Source of the DNA: an uncultured delta proteobacterium
GTDB taxonomy: Bacteria; Desulfobacterota; Binatia; UBA9968
Length of the DNA: 64,000 bases
Direction of reading: 5' to 3'
Assembly: GCA_963840855.1 (NCBI GenBank)
Contig: CAWJBB010000034.1
Location: 32,001 to 96,000 of the forward strand
Below, piece after piece: positions 41,738-52,105 of this stretch (positions within the stretch are counted from its first letter, which is position 1; each line of letters starts with the position of its first letter). The position numbers and the translations under genes were made by a program. The notes under the pieces are model-generated. The model made no database searches, was not told where the DNA came from, and was given only the letters and a program-made list of their open reading frames with translations.

Positions 41738-43414
41738 ATGGCGCGAATCACGGGAGGTCACCTTATCTGCAAAGCGCTCAAGCTCGAAGGCGTGCGCAAT
41801 ATTTTCTGCTTGGCCGGTGATCATATTTTGCCGACCCTTGACGTGATGGCGGACCAGGACTTCCGCATCATCGACACCCGCCATGAGCAGGCCGCGGTGC
41901 ACATGGCGGATGCCTGGAGCCGGATCACCGAGACGCCGGGTGTTTGCATGTATACGACTCCCGGCTTCGCCAACGCCATTCCCGGTCTCACGAATGCCAT
42001 GCACAGCGAAGCGCCGATTGTCTCCATCGCCGGATGCGCCGATGGACATGATCTGGGCCGGGGCGCCCAGCAAGAAATCGACCAGGTGGGCATGGCCGGT
42101 CCGATGTGCAAGGGCTCGTTCATGGTTCATGATATTCGCCGCATCCCCGAGTTCATCGCGCGCGCGATGCGGCTGGCGTTCAGCGGCCGGCGCGGTCCGG
42201 TGCATCTGACCATCCCCATCGATCTTCAGGAACATAGCGTGGATGAGAACGAGGTAGCTTTTGGCGCGGAGGTTGATTACCACGGTAAAGCGTCCATCCT
42301 CGCCGACCCGGCGCTGGTGAACCAGGCAATTGCGTTGTTGCGCCAGGCGCACAAACCATTGCTCATAGCCGGCAGCGCCGCGGGTTACACCCTATCCGGC
42401 GAGGCCCTGCAACGGTTCATCGAAACGACGCGTCTGCCGGTACTTACGGAAGAGCAGTCACGCGGTTTGATCGCCGACGATCATCCCTACGCCTTCGGCT
42501 TTTTCGAGAGAGGTCTCAATCGCGCCGCCGCCAAGGTTCGCGACGCCGATCTGGTTATGCTGTTGGGGCGCAAGCAGGACTTTACCATCGGCTATTGCCG
42601 CCCTCCCCATGTTGCGGCGAGCGCTAAAATCATTCAAATCGATCCCTCGCCGATGGAAATCGGGCGCAACCGCGGAGTCGCGTTGGGAATGGTCGGAGAC
42701 GTCACCAGCGTGCTGGACCAATTGACCAAGGAAGCCGAGAAGCACGCGTGGAACGAACTCCCCTGGATCGACGAACTGCGCGACGCGCGGCGCGCCCAGG
42801 CGGAATGGGCGGAAGGTCTGGCTCGCGCCGAGACGCCGATGCACGCGCTGTTCGTTCACAAGACGGTCAAATCGATCTTGCAGCCGGAAGATTGCCTCGT
42901 GTTCGACGGCGGCGATTTCTGCCATTTCGGTCGCTCTTTTCTCCCCGCGATAAAACCAAAACGCTGGCTGTATGTTTCCAGTCTAGGAATGCTGGGCTCC
43001 GCGCTTCCCAGCGCCCTCGCCGCCAAGGTGGCATACCCTGATTCAAGGGTGATCATGCTCAGCGGTGACGGCGCTTTCGGTTTTAACGCCATGGAATTCG
43101 ACACGGCGGTGCGCCATAAGTTAAATATCGTGGCGATATTGGGAAATGATTCCGCGTGGGGCATCGACCGGCAAATCCAGCTCGGTCTATACGGCCGCTC
43201 CGTGGCCACCGATCTGCTGCAAACCCGCTACGATCAGGTCGTGCAAGGTCTGGGTGGACATGGCGAATTTGTCACACGCGCTGAAGAATTGGCGCCCGCC
43301 TTGGGCCGGGCCTTTGCCGCCGGGAAACCAGCGCTGCTGAACGTCGCCGTGCGCCAGGTCGTGAGTCCCCGGGGCGAAGCCGCCATCGCGCGGCGAAAAA
43401 AGGATGAAGGATAA
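41738..43414 (+). CDS. TPP-binding protein, acetolactate synthase large subunit-like
   Basis: TRHEQAAVHMAD, GPVHLTIP, GDGAFGF...GND; AAGGAGG RBS before ATG 41738. Confidence 0.92.
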   Translation: MARITGGHLICKALKLEGVRNIFCLAGDHILPTLDVMADQDFRIIDTRHEQAAVHMADAWSRITETPGVCMYTTPGFANAIPGLTNAMHSEAPIVSIAGCADGHDLGRGAQQEIDQVGMAGPMCKGSFMVHDIRRIPEFIARAMRLAFSGRRGPVHLTIPIDLQEHSVDENEVAFGAEVDYHGKASILADPALVNQAIALLRQAHKPLLIAGSAAGYTLSGEALQRFIETTRLPVLTEEQSRGLIADDHPYAFGFFERGLNRAAAKVRDADLVMLLGRKQDFTIGYCRPPHVAASAKIIQIDPSPMEIGRNRGVALGMVGDVTSVLDQLTKEAEKHAWNELPWIDELRDARRAQAEWAEGLARAETPMHALFVHKTVKSILQPEDCLVFDGGDFCHFGRSFLPAIKPKRWLYVSSLGMLGSALPSALAAKVAYPDSRVIMLSGDGAFGFNAMEFDTAVRHKLNIVAILGNDSAWGIDRQIQLGLYGRSVATDLLQTRYDQVVQGLGGHGEFVTRAEELAPALGRAFAAGKPALLNVAVRQVVSPRGEAAIARRKKDEG

Positions 43415-43483
43415 AGGCGGAAGGATGAAGTGGCTGGGAATCCTCTCATTTAATTTCATCCTTCATCCCTTATCCTTCATCCT
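43401..43483. repeat. 7-mer GGATRAA tandem palindrome between convergent genes
   Basis: aggatgaaggataaaggcggaaggatgaag...ttcatccttcatcccttatccttcatcct. Confidence 0.75.
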
Positions 43484-43485
43484 TT

Positions 43486-44634
43486 TTATTTCAGCGCGAG
43501 ATTGCTGGGCTGCTCCACTCCGTCGAGCTTCACACCGCCGTCGGCCGCGGCCTGTTGGATGCGCCGCCACTCGTCGTGGTAGCCGCGCGTGTGGCCGCGA
43601 AAGTGAGGTATGACGTAGCGCGCGAACATCTCCATGGAGCGGCGGACCTTTTCGCTGCTCGTCCACTCATGTGTGGTTAGCATCAGACCGCCAAAGCCGC
43701 CGGTTTCGGCCTGCATGCGCTCGATTTGCGCGATCGCGTCGTCGGGGGTGCCGATGATCCAGTCGCGCCGGTCGGCGCCGGAGCGCGCGGTGATCTCATT
43801 GGCCGGCTGGCCGGGATAAGACTCGTAGGGTCCCTTCAGTCCGATGGAGACGAAATATTCCATGTCGCGCTTGATGCTCGCCTCGACGTCGCGCCAGGCT
43901 TCCTCTCTGCTGTCGGCGAGATAGACACAGGTCGCGATGCGCCAGTTGTCGCGCGAAGTCGCTGTGCCATGTTTCGCCGCGATCGCTTCGACCTTGTTCC
44001 ATTGCTCGGCTTTGGTCTGATTGTTTCTGACATTTTTTCCGGCGGGAGAAAGCAGCAGCATGCCGTATTTGCCGGCAAGCTCAAGGCTGATCGCATTTCC
44101 CGACGACGCGATCGCGAGCGGCATGCGCGGCTGCTGGTACGAACGGAGCTGCAAGCGCATTTGCTTGAACGACCAGAAGCGGCCTTCATGGTCGATGGGG
44201 TCGGGCGACTCGAGCAACCGGACGATGATATCCGCCGATTCCGCCAGCATCGGATACAGTTTTTCATTGGGCAGGCCGAAGAGTTTTTTGTCGGTAACCA
44301 GCGCGCAGGGACCGACGCCGAGGATGGCGCGGCCGCGGGTCAGGTGATCGAGAAAAGCCATCCGTTCGGCGACGTGAAACGGATGATGAAAAGGGACGCT
44401 GATCACGGACGTGCCGAGACGAATGCGATGGGCGTGTGCGGCGGCTTTGGCAAGCGCCATTTCCGGCGCGGGCATGGTCTCCCAACCGCCCGAGTGATGC
44501 TCGCCGATAAAAAACTCGTCGAAGTCCAACTCCTCCGCGTAATGAATCAGCGAAATATCCCGGTCAAACGCCAGCGCGGGATTTTCCGACGGGTGATGCA
44601 ACGGCATCATGAAAAATGAAAATTTCATATGCAC
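43486..44634 (-). CDS. LLM-class flavin-dependent monooxygenase (limonene monooxygenase-like)
   Basis: FMMPLH, IGEHHSGGWE, IRLGTSV, LDHLTRGR, IGTPDD. Confidence 0.9.
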   Translation of the reverse strand: MHMKFSFFMMPLHHPSENPALAFDRDISLIHYAEELDFDEFFIGEHHSGGWETMPAPEMALAKAAAHAHRIRLGTSVISVPFHHPFHVAERMAFLDHLTRGRAILGVGPCALVTDKKLFGLPNEKLYPMLAESADIIVRLLESPDPIDHEGRFWSFKQMRLQLRSYQQPRMPLAIASSGNAISLELAGKYGMLLLSPAGKNVRNNQTKAEQWNKVEAIAAKHGTATSRDNWRIATCVYLADSREEAWRDVEASIKRDMEYFVSIGLKGPYESYPGQPANEITARSGADRRDWIIGTPDDAIAQIERMQAETGGFGGLMLTTHEWTSSEKVRRSMEMFARYVIPHFRGHTRGYHDEWRRIQQAAADGGVKLDGVEQPSNLALK

Positions 44635-44680
44635 TCCTTATGGGACGTATGTAAGAAGCCAGGGACGAAACCCGCCGGCG

Positions 44681-45712
44681 CTATTTCAAGATCTCCTTCA
44701 ATTGCTTGACCAAGCCTGGCTCCAGCTTGAAGAGCGTTTTGATCTCTTTGTCGATCGTCTCGCCATCCAGCGGATCAATATCCAACCTCGCTCGCTTAGC
44801 GTCGGCCAGAAACTCCGGGTCTTTCAGGGTCTCCGAAAAAGCTTTCCGCAGTATTTTGACTCGTTCCTTCGGCGTCCCCGGCGGCATTACGTAGGGGCGG
44901 TTTGTAACTCCGTTGACCCGACCCAACGTCTGAATCATTTTTTTCGCGTCATCGGTCTTTGCGAGATCGACGGCCCACGGCAGATTAGGAAACTCGGGAT
45001 GCGGCCGGATGGCGGCCTGAACCACCATGACGATTTCGCCGTTGTCCATTTCATTGCGCCAATTGGCCTTGAAAGACTCGATGGAATTGCAGATGCCGTG
45101 AACTTCGCCGGCATTGAATGCAAGCCGCACGGGTCCCGTGCCTTTGTAACCGGTCACGAGCTGGAGGGGAAGGCCCAAGGTTACTTTGAGGAGTTTGGGA
45201 ATATCGTCAGTGCCGCCGCCAGGGGCGACGCCACCTATCTTCAATACGGTTCCCGAGGCTTTCCACTGCTCCACGCTGGTGATAGCGGTGCTCTTCGCAA
45301 TGCCGATCATGAAATTGTCCTGCGCGGGAACACCGAGAAATTCAAAATTCGTCGCCTTGAACTCGATTCCCGGCAGACCCAGCAGCTCCTGCAAAAACAG
45401 GCCGCCGACAAAAGTGCCGATCGATAGGCCGTCAGGCCGCGAAGCCTTATACACATAGTTGGCGGCGACCAGACCGGCGGCGCCAGGCATGTTGTCGACA
45501 ACCAGAGTTGGATTACCGGGGATATATTTTCCGATGTGCCGGGTAATGGCCCGCGAATAGGCGTCGAAACCACCTCCAGGCGGGGCACCTGCGATCAGCC
45601 TAATGGTTTTTCCCTTGTAAAATAAATCTTGTCCGAAGGAGGATTGGGCGAGTAGATTCACGGCCGATGCAATGACTAGGGCCAACCACGAACGTAAAAC
45701 GATGCGTACCAT
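44681..45712 (-). CDS. Tripartite tricarboxylate transporter substrate-binding protein (TctC/Bug)
   Basis: FYKGKTIRLI..PPGGGFD, NMPGAAG, PDG, GYKG, PPGTPK. Confidence 0.9.
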   Translation of the reverse strand: MVRIVLRSWLALVIASAVNLLAQSSFGQDLFYKGKTIRLIAGAPPGGGFDAYSRAITRHIGKYIPGNPTLVVDNMPGAAGLVAANYVYKASRPDGLSIGTFVGGLFLQELLGLPGIEFKATNFEFLGVPAQDNFMIGIAKSTAITSVEQWKASGTVLKIGGVAPGGGTDDIPKLLKVTLGLPLQLVTGYKGTGPVRLAFNAGEVHGICNSIESFKANWRNEMDNGEIVMVVQAAIRPHPEFPNLPWAVDLAKTDDAKKMIQTLGRVNGVTNRPYVMPPGTPKERVKILRKAFSETLKDPEFLADAKRARLDIDPLDGETIDKEIKTLFKLEPGLVKQLKEILK

Positions 45713-45839
45713 GATCGCCTCCGCTGCGATTTAGATGGTTTCCGCCACAAAAATCCTCCACGGCTCTATTTCGCCGGCAAGCCCGGCAGCGCGGCGCAAA
45801 ATGAATCCTCGAGACAGGCGAGTCCACGCCCGCGGACTT

Positions 45840-46214
45840 TTAACGCTTCAATTGACTGCCGGGAACCGTCACCGTGATATGCGACATCGACGAATCGGCC
45901 TTGGCGCCATGCCAGTGGCGCTCGCCGGCCTTGATGTGCACGATATCGCCGACGGTGATCTCGCGCTCATCGGCCTCAGTGGCGACCATACCCTTGCCGG
46001 CGGTGACAACCAAAATCTGATCGCAGTCGTGGACATGCCATCCAGTGGTCGCGCCGACGCGGAAGTTCACGACGTTACAACGAAAGTTGTCCGATTGCCC
46101 TTCGCCGATGACCGCTTGCCGCGTCCGGCTTACCGGCCCGCCCTTCCAGCCGGCAATCGGCGTGGCGGTGTCCATCGGTGTTTCCGATAACTCGTTAATT
46201 TTGAGTACGCGCAT
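45840..46214 (-). CDS. Cupin domain protein
   Basis: WHVHDCDQIL...G...GERHWHGA...MSH. Confidence 0.88.
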   Translation of the reverse strand: MRVLKINELSETPMDTATPIAGWKGGPVSRTRQAVIGEGQSDNFRCNVVNFRVGATTGWHVHDCDQILVVTAGKGMVATEADEREITVGDIVHIKAGERHWHGAKADSSMSHITVTVPGSQLKR

Positions 46215-46240
46215 GATCAGCCTCCTTGGAACAAGATTAA

Positions 46241-46365
46241 CCGCAAAGAACGCAAATGATGCAAAAAAAGAGCATTCTCGCAGCGGCGCAAAGTTCGCGG
46301 TGTTCGAAACGATTTCTTAGTCGAGTAATGTCTTTACCTGCGCCCTCCGCGCCTCCGCGGTGCGT
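46241..46365. repeat. Degenerate CGCAAAG-type palindromic repeat
   Basis: ccgcaaagaacgcaaa...cgcagcggcgcaaagttcgc...ctgcgccctccgcgcctccgcggtg. Confidence 0.5.
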
Positions 46366-46443
46366 TATCTTCGTCTTTGCCACAACTACAACGGCGGAGT
46401 AGAAAGCGTCAAGTGTGCGCAAGCTGAATCAAGCCTTTGAGAG

Positions 46444-46473
46444 TTGACAGCCTTCGATAGCGTCCGTTATAAG
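46444..46473 (+). promoter_or_regulatory. Putative sigma70 promoter of tctCAB
   Basis: TTGACA-N18-TATAAG upstream of the start. Confidence 0.5.
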
Positions 46474-46498
46474 CACGCCAGGCAAGGGACTGATTGAA

Positions 46499-47611
46499 AT
46501 GAGGTTAACCATGCTCAATATTCAACAAAAGCTGGGGTTGCGCGACCGCCTGGTGATCGCGACTCTGATGCTTTGCTTTTTGTCATTGGGGCCGCGTAAC
46601 ACCAACGCCGCGCAATCCCACAACTTCGATGAGAAAGCGGTGGCTAATTTTTACCGCGGCAAGTCCGTCACCATCGTGGTCGGCTTTGCTCCCGGTGGCG
46701 GCTATGACATAAGCGCGCGCATCTTGGCGCGGCACTTCGGCCGGCATGTCCCGGGCAATCCAACTCTCATCGTCGAGAATCGTCCGGGAGCCGGCAGCCT
46801 TGTGACCGCCAATCTGGTTTACAAAGGTCTGCGCAAAGACGGCACTTATATCGCGACCTTCAATTCGCAGATGGTCTTGCAGCAGCTCTTGGGCCAACCA
46901 GGTATTGAGTTCGACAGCCGAGCTTATAATTGGCTCGGCAGCGTGGCGTCGAGTCAAAGCGCCTGCGCCGTTCATAGGGAAACCGGCGTGACTCACGTCA
47001 AGCAGCTCACGGGCGCCAATGCCAAGGTGGTAAACATGGGGGGAGAAGCGCCAGGATCCGGGATCACCGACGCGGCCGCCGTTATCCGCGCGGCGCTCGG
47101 CGTGAAATTCAAAATCATTTACGGCTACGCCGGCGCGCGACCGGTCGCCAATGCGGTTTTGAACCGCGAGATCGACGGCATGTGCATCAGCTGGGAGTCG
47201 TTTACTTCCGACCTCAAAATGTTTTTCGAGCCGGCAAAAATCGTCAACGTGCTGGCCATCTTCGGCAGCGAGTTGCCCAAGCACCCCTGGCTCGAAAACG
47301 CCGAAGCGGCGGAAGCGATCGCTCCGAATAATTCCGCGCGGACGCTGCTAAAACTCGTGTATGGCCCCGGAAAATTTTCCTTTCCTTATGCCGTGGCGCC
47401 CGGCGTGCCAGTGGATCGGCTGGCGGCGCTGCGCGCGGCGTTCGATAAAACCCTCGCCGACCCGGCGTTCGTCGCCGACTTTGAAAAGTTTCGCCCGCTT
47501 GTGCCGCGCAATGGCGAGGATGTTGCACAGATCGCCAAGGAGTTGCTCGCGACCAAGCCCGCTCTGGTCAGCGAGCTGAAGGAAGCCTTAAAGCAAAGGG
47601 TCGGTCCTTAA
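46499..47611 (+). CDS. tctC: TTT substrate-binding protein TctC
   Basis: FYRGKSVTIVVGFAPGGGYD, ENRPGAGS, APGVP; directly upstream of tctA. Confidence 0.9.
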   Translation: MRLTMLNIQQKLGLRDRLVIATLMLCFLSLGPRNTNAAQSHNFDEKAVANFYRGKSVTIVVGFAPGGGYDISARILARHFGRHVPGNPTLIVENRPGAGSLVTANLVYKGLRKDGTYIATFNSQMVLQQLLGQPGIEFDSRAYNWLGSVASSQSACAVHRETGVTHVKQLTGANAKVVNMGGEAPGSGITDAAAVIRAALGVKFKIIYGYAGARPVANAVLNREIDGMCISWESFTSDLKMFFEPAKIVNVLAIFGSELPKHPWLENAEAAEAIAPNNSARTLLKLVYGPGKFSFPYAVAPGVPVDRLAALRAAFDKTLADPAFVADFEKFRPLVPRNGEDVAQIAKELLATKPALVSELKEALKQRVGP

Positions 47612-47643
47612 CCCAGCCGTAAGAACGAGGAAAGTGAGGCGGG

Positions 47644-49113
47644 ATGCTTGACGCTTTCTTTTCCGGGTTTCTGCAAGTTTTCACTCTCTCCACCTTTTCC
47701 TTGCTTCTGCTCGGCATCCTGATCGGCTTTATCGTTGGCATATTGCCCGGTATCGGTGGCGCCGCTAGCCTCGCCCTCATGCTCCCGTTCGTCTTCGACA
47801 TGGCTCCGCGGGACGCCTTTGCTTTCCTGTTGGGCACCCTGGCGGTGACCTCTACCACCGGCGACATTACTTCGATACTCTTCGGCGTTCCCGGTGAATC
47901 GATATCGGCAGCGCTAATCTTGGATGGCCATCCGATGGCCAAACAAGGCGAGGCCGGACGGGCGCTGGGTGCGGCGCTTATGAGTTCCCTGGTTGGAGCG
48001 ATTATCGGCGCATTTGTATTAGCGGCGATCATCCCAATCGTCGCGCCGCTGGTGCTCACCTTCAAGTCGCCGGAATTTTTCGCTCTCAGCTTGCTTGGTA
48101 TAACTTTCGTCGCCTCGCTTAGCGGCGAAAGCATGCTGAAAGGGATCGTCGCGGCCGGAGTTGGTCTGGTACTCTCGATGATCGGCCTCGATCCCCAATC
48201 GGGCATCCCTCGTTACACTTTCGGCATGGCGCAACTCTGGGACGGCATCGGTCTTGTGCCGGTAACGGTCGGCCTATTTGCCATCCCCGAAATCGTCGAT
48301 CTTTGGGTCAGAGGCACCAGCATCGCCGATAAGCGCGTCGGCAAATTGGGCGGGGTATGGCAAGGCGTCAAAGACACTTTTGTCCACTGGGGTATTACGC
48401 TCCGGTGCAGTCTGATCGGCACTTTTATCGGCATCATTCCAGGCCTGGGCGCCGCTGTCTCTCAGTGGATGGCATACGCCCATGCCGTACAGAGTTCTTC
48501 CGACAAGCGTCGATTTGGCGCCGGCGACGTTCGCGGCGTTCTCGGACCGGGAGCGGCAAACAATTCGGGTTTGGGCGGATCGTTGGTTCCCACCGTCGCC
48601 TTTGGCATTCCGGGTAACGTCGTGATGGCTTTACTGTTGGGAGCTTTTTTGATCAAGGGCATAGTTCCAGGGCCGTCTATGCTCAGCAAACACCTGGACC
48701 TTATCTTTGCGTTCGTCTGGTTCATCGTGATTTCCAATATTATAACGGTAGCCGTTTGTTTCCTTTTTCTTGAGCAGCTCGCAAAAATTACTTACATCCG
48801 AGGATCCCTTCTGGTACCGGGACTGATTCTGCTGATTTTTTTGGGCGCCTACGCTGAAGCAAAGTCGACTTTCGACATGGGGCTCGTTCTGATCTTTGGC
48901 TGCATTGGGTTATTAATGGAATATACGGAGTGGCCACGCCCGCCGCTGCTTCTCGGGTTGGTTCTCGGCGCGCTTATCGAGAGAAACTTTTTTATTTCTT
49001 ACGAAATCCATGCGCTGGGCTTTCTATTGAGACCGGTGGTCGTGGCTATTCTTCTGACCGGGTGCGCGGTTCTCCTCTACGGCCAATTAAAGAGCCATCG
49101 GTCGCGCGATTAG
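47644..49113 (+). CDS. tctA: TTT large permease TctA
   Basis: GILPGIGG, FGVPGE, DGHPMAKQGEAGRAL, AANN, FGIPG. Confidence 0.95.
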   Translation: MLDAFFSGFLQVFTLSTFSLLLLGILIGFIVGILPGIGGAASLALMLPFVFDMAPRDAFAFLLGTLAVTSTTGDITSILFGVPGESISAALILDGHPMAKQGEAGRALGAALMSSLVGAIIGAFVLAAIIPIVAPLVLTFKSPEFFALSLLGITFVASLSGESMLKGIVAAGVGLVLSMIGLDPQSGIPRYTFGMAQLWDGIGLVPVTVGLFAIPEIVDLWVRGTSIADKRVGKLGGVWQGVKDTFVHWGITLRCSLIGTFIGIIPGLGAAVSQWMAYAHAVQSSSDKRRFGAGDVRGVLGPGAANNSGLGGSLVPTVAFGIPGNVVMALLLGAFLIKGIVPGPSMLSKHLDLIFAFVWFIVISNIITVAVCFLFLEQLAKITYIRGSLLVPGLILLIFLGAYAEAKSTFDMGLVLIFGCIGLLMEYTEWPRPPLLLGLVLGALIERNFFISYEIHALGFLLRPVVVAILLTGCAVLLYGQLKSHRSRD

Positions 49114-49130
49114 CGCACACGGAGGATTCA

Positions 49131-49714
49131 GTGTCCCGCAAAAAGATCGAATTCCTGTTTAGCGCAGTGATCGTGCTCTTCCTCTCTGGGTCCTCTGGGA
49201 ACCGCAAAGCTGGCCTGCGCCGGCGCGATTGTTCCCTTGGTCGCTGGGTTTTTCGGTGCTGGCCCTCGCCTTGATACAATTCGTGGCAGCCGGACGCGCC
49301 GTGATTAGGGAAATCAGAACCGGTTCCGCCGCGCAACCAAAAGACCAATTGGCGCGAGACACCGCGGGTTTTCGCGATCACCATCGAGCCGGCGACGAAG
49401 CCGTAACGCCGACCGTTGCGATGAATCCTCCGGCCTCGGGGCACGCCGCGCCAGCTCCAGAGCCAGCCGGCCAAAGGGTTATAACGATTTGTGTTTGGAT
49501 CGTGGGTTTCTTCTTAGGAATCTGGTTGGTGGGCTTTAAGTTTGGCTCTTTCTTTTTAACCATCGCGTTCATGAAATTCGCCGCCAAAGAGAAATGGCCG
49601 ATCAGTGCGGCGATGGCGCTTGGGACATATCTCTTCTTTTGGTTGGTTTTCGATATCGGGTTGAAACTCCCGCTTGGCAATGGCCTCATAGCGGATTATT
49701 TTTTTCTTGATTGA
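49131..49714 (+). CDS. tctB: TTT small permease TctB (frameshift near 49185)
   Basis: GTG start MSRKKIEFLFSAVIVLF joins WVLWE...WPAPARLFP; C-terminal VF...LKLPLG; follows tctA. Confidence 0.8.
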
Positions 49715-49737
49715 CGTTTGATTCCGCTTAAAACCCT

Positions 49738-49827
49738 CCGTTCATCCTTCGAGAGCCTCAGGACGAACGGTGGATAAGGTTGAAATACATTGGAAATTCT
49801 CCGTTCATGCTGACCTTAGTCGAAGCA
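49738..49827. repeat. CCGTTC-type REP doublet
   Basis: ccgttcatccttcgagagcctcaggacgaacgg...ccgttcatgctgaccttagtcgaagca; same family as 27034-27125. Confidence 0.72.
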
Positions 49828-49888
49828 TTCTTGGCGTTTTTGCGCAGAATCATGTTTGCGCTCTGATGCGCTTTTCCGGAGGTTGTCC

Positions 49889-50875
49889 ATGATAGTTGGT
49901 CTTCTGGCATTTCTCTTGATCCTCGTGGCTCCGTCTACCACAACACGAGCGGCGGATAAGATCAGAATCTCCGTCTCGGGCAGCTACAACATGATTTTTC
50001 TTTCCGCGGGTGTTGCGCAAAACAAGGGATTCTTCAAAGACGAGGGTCTCGACGCGGACATTGTGGTGATGGGCGCTGCGCCGTCCATCGCGGCGCTGTC
50101 GAATGGCGACATCGATTTCACCCTGCTCACCGGCACCGTGATCAGGGCGGCGGTGCGTGGCCTCCCGGTGCGGCTTGTGGCGGGTTTGATGACCAGTTCG
50201 CCGCACGTCGTGCTCGCGCGCCAGGAAATAAAATCGGTTAAAGATCTCGCCGGAAAGAAAGTCGGCCTCGCGGGATTTGGCGACGCGACGCATGTCTTGG
50301 CTCGACTGATCCTCGCGCGCAACGGAGTGGACCCGGACAAGGAAGTCCAGTTCGTTCCGCTCGGCTCCGACTCGGGCCGTTTCGCGGCGCTCCAACAGAA
50401 GCTCGCGGATGCAGTCGTCACTTCCCCGCCGTGGGATTTCGAAGGGAAAAAGATGGGCTACAACATCCTGGCCAGGGCGTATGAATATGTGAATTACCCG
50501 TTATCCGGCGTCGGCGTGAATCAAAAATCGATTCAGCAAAACCGCGATCAAACGAAGAGAACGATCAGGGGCTTGATCAAGGCAAGCCGATTCATACGGG
50601 ATAACCGCGAGGAAGCTGTAAAAATTCTCATGGCCTGGGCCAAAACGAAATCGGAACACGCCTACGCGTCTTACGACTCCACCGCAACGGTGATCAGCGC
50701 CGACGGCACCATTCCGGAAGACGGACTCAAACTGCTGATCGATCAGGCGAAGAGAGATGTCAAAGTAACCCGTGACGTGCCGCTCAGCGACATCGCCGAC
50801 TTCAGTATCTTGCGTGAAGTGCAGAAAGAACTTGGGTCTGCGATAACGCCAATTCTGGAATCGGGTGAAGGGTGA
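49889..50875 (+). CDS. NMT1/SsuA-like ABC substrate-binding protein
   Basis: Signal peptide, KGFFKDEGLD, DLAGKKVG, GVDPDKEV; start uncertain (49856 or 49889). Confidence 0.88.
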   Translation: MIVGLLAFLLILVAPSTTTRAADKIRISVSGSYNMIFLSAGVAQNKGFFKDEGLDADIVVMGAAPSIAALSNGDIDFTLLTGTVIRAAVRGLPVRLVAGLMTSSPHVVLARQEIKSVKDLAGKKVGLAGFGDATHVLARLILARNGVDPDKEVQFVPLGSDSGRFAALQQKLADAVVTSPPWDFEGKKMGYNILARAYEYVNYPLSGVGVNQKSIQQNRDQTKRTIRGLIKASRFIRDNREEAVKILMAWAKTKSEHAYASYDSTATVISADGTIPEDGLKLLIDQAKRDVKVTRDVPLSDIADFSILREVQKELGSAITPILESGEG

Positions 50876-50987
50876 GTCATTAGGCGCTGGCCGCATCACG
50901 GGCTGTGGTTCAGTTTGATTTCAGTCGTTCAGCGGGCTTGATCGTTACCACCCGATTCCACGATTTCAGATTTGGAAGTGGCCTCGA

Positions 50988-51155
50988 CCTCTTTCCTCCC
51001 TCGCGCGTCGAGACCGTGTGGTAATCCGCAACGCGCTAATGTCATGCTGAGCAGAAGCGAAGCATCTCGCATTTTCAAGGTGTTACGAAGACGAGATTCT
51101 TCGGCTGCGCCTCAGAGTGACATTGCGACACAGTCTCGACGCGGGGGGGATGAAG
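50988..51155. mobile_element. Nested REP/MITE composite: AGACCGTGT...ACACAGTCT element (51011-51136) inside another palindrome
   Basis: Outer tcctccctcgcgcgtcg / cgacgcgggggggatga; inner GTCAT...GTGAC doublet. Confidence 0.68.
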
Positions 51156-51227
51156 TAAGTACTGAAGGACTCCTGCCTCCCGGCGCACGTTGCATCGTGA
51201 GTATGACCTGAGTTATATGCAGCTTCG

Positions 51228-51509
51228 ATGAAGACAACAATTTCCCTCCCAGATCCGCTCTTCGCCCGAGCCGAGCAGGTTGCCAAGCGCTTGCGCATAT
51301 CGCGCAGTAAGTTATACGCAACCGCTATCGCCGAATTCGTCAACGCACATAGCTCTCGCGATGTCACTGAGCGCCTCAACGAGATCTACGCAAAGGAGAA
51401 GTCTAAGCTCGATCCCGTCCTCCATGCGCTTCAACTCCGGTCACTGAGTCGCGGTGGGCGACGACGGCGAACTCCACCGGGTAGATTAAAAACCGGCCTC
51501 GACCGGTAA
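51228..51509 (+). CDS. Ribbon-helix-helix antitoxin (ChpI/MazE-like), no adjacent toxin
   Basis: MKTTISLPDPLF..AE..AKRL.ISRSKLY..AI...VTERLNEIY. Confidence 0.75.
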   Translation: MKTTISLPDPLFARAEQVAKRLRISRSKLYATAIAEFVNAHSSRDVTERLNEIYAKEKSKLDPVLHALQLRSLSRGGRRRRTPPGRLKTGLDR

Positions 51510-51698
51510 TCACTATGATTTGAATATACGAAAGCAACTTTTAGCTTTTATCGGATCGACGCTTCAGAGTGTCCTTTCAAGTTATCGTTCCATCTGATGG
51601 AACTTATTTCTATGATCCGTGCTATACAGAAATTACAAGGTTCTATAAGAAACCCGATATTCCTGGTTCGGCGTCATAGATCTGTCAGGAGTCCTCAC

Positions 51699-52061
51699 AT
51701 GATTGATCACATCAGCATCCGGGTTTCGGATTATGAACGGAGCAAGCACTTCTATGCCATAACTCTTGCACCTCTTGGTTATGCGCTACTCATGGAAAGT
51801 GCCTCCGGCGCCGGCTTTCGCAAGGAGTTCATCCCTGACTTTTGGATCAAGCAAGGTATTCCGAGTCCATCCGTGCACGTGGCATTCTCCAGTCCCGATC
51901 GTGCCACAGTCGACGCGTTTTACCGCGCCGCAATTGCAGCGGGCGCCACCGACAACGGCCCACCAGGTTTACGCCCTAACTATCACCCGTCGTATTACGG
52001 TGCATTCGTCCTGGACCCGGATGGATACAACGTTGAGGCTGTATGCCACAGGCCAGAATGA
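51699..52061 (+). CDS. VOC/glyoxalase family protein
   Basis: MIDHISIRVSD, HVAF, DNGPPGLRPNYHPSYYGAFVLDPDGYNVEAVCH. Confidence 0.93.
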   Translation: MIDHISIRVSDYERSKHFYAITLAPLGYALLMESASGAGFRKEFIPDFWIKQGIPSPSVHVAFSSPDRATVDAFYRAAIAAGATDNGPPGLRPNYHPSYYGAFVLDPDGYNVEAVCHRPE

Positions 52062-52105
52062 AAGACGCGCATTAATCTCTGCAGTTAATTGATCAGGAAA
52101 CAAAT

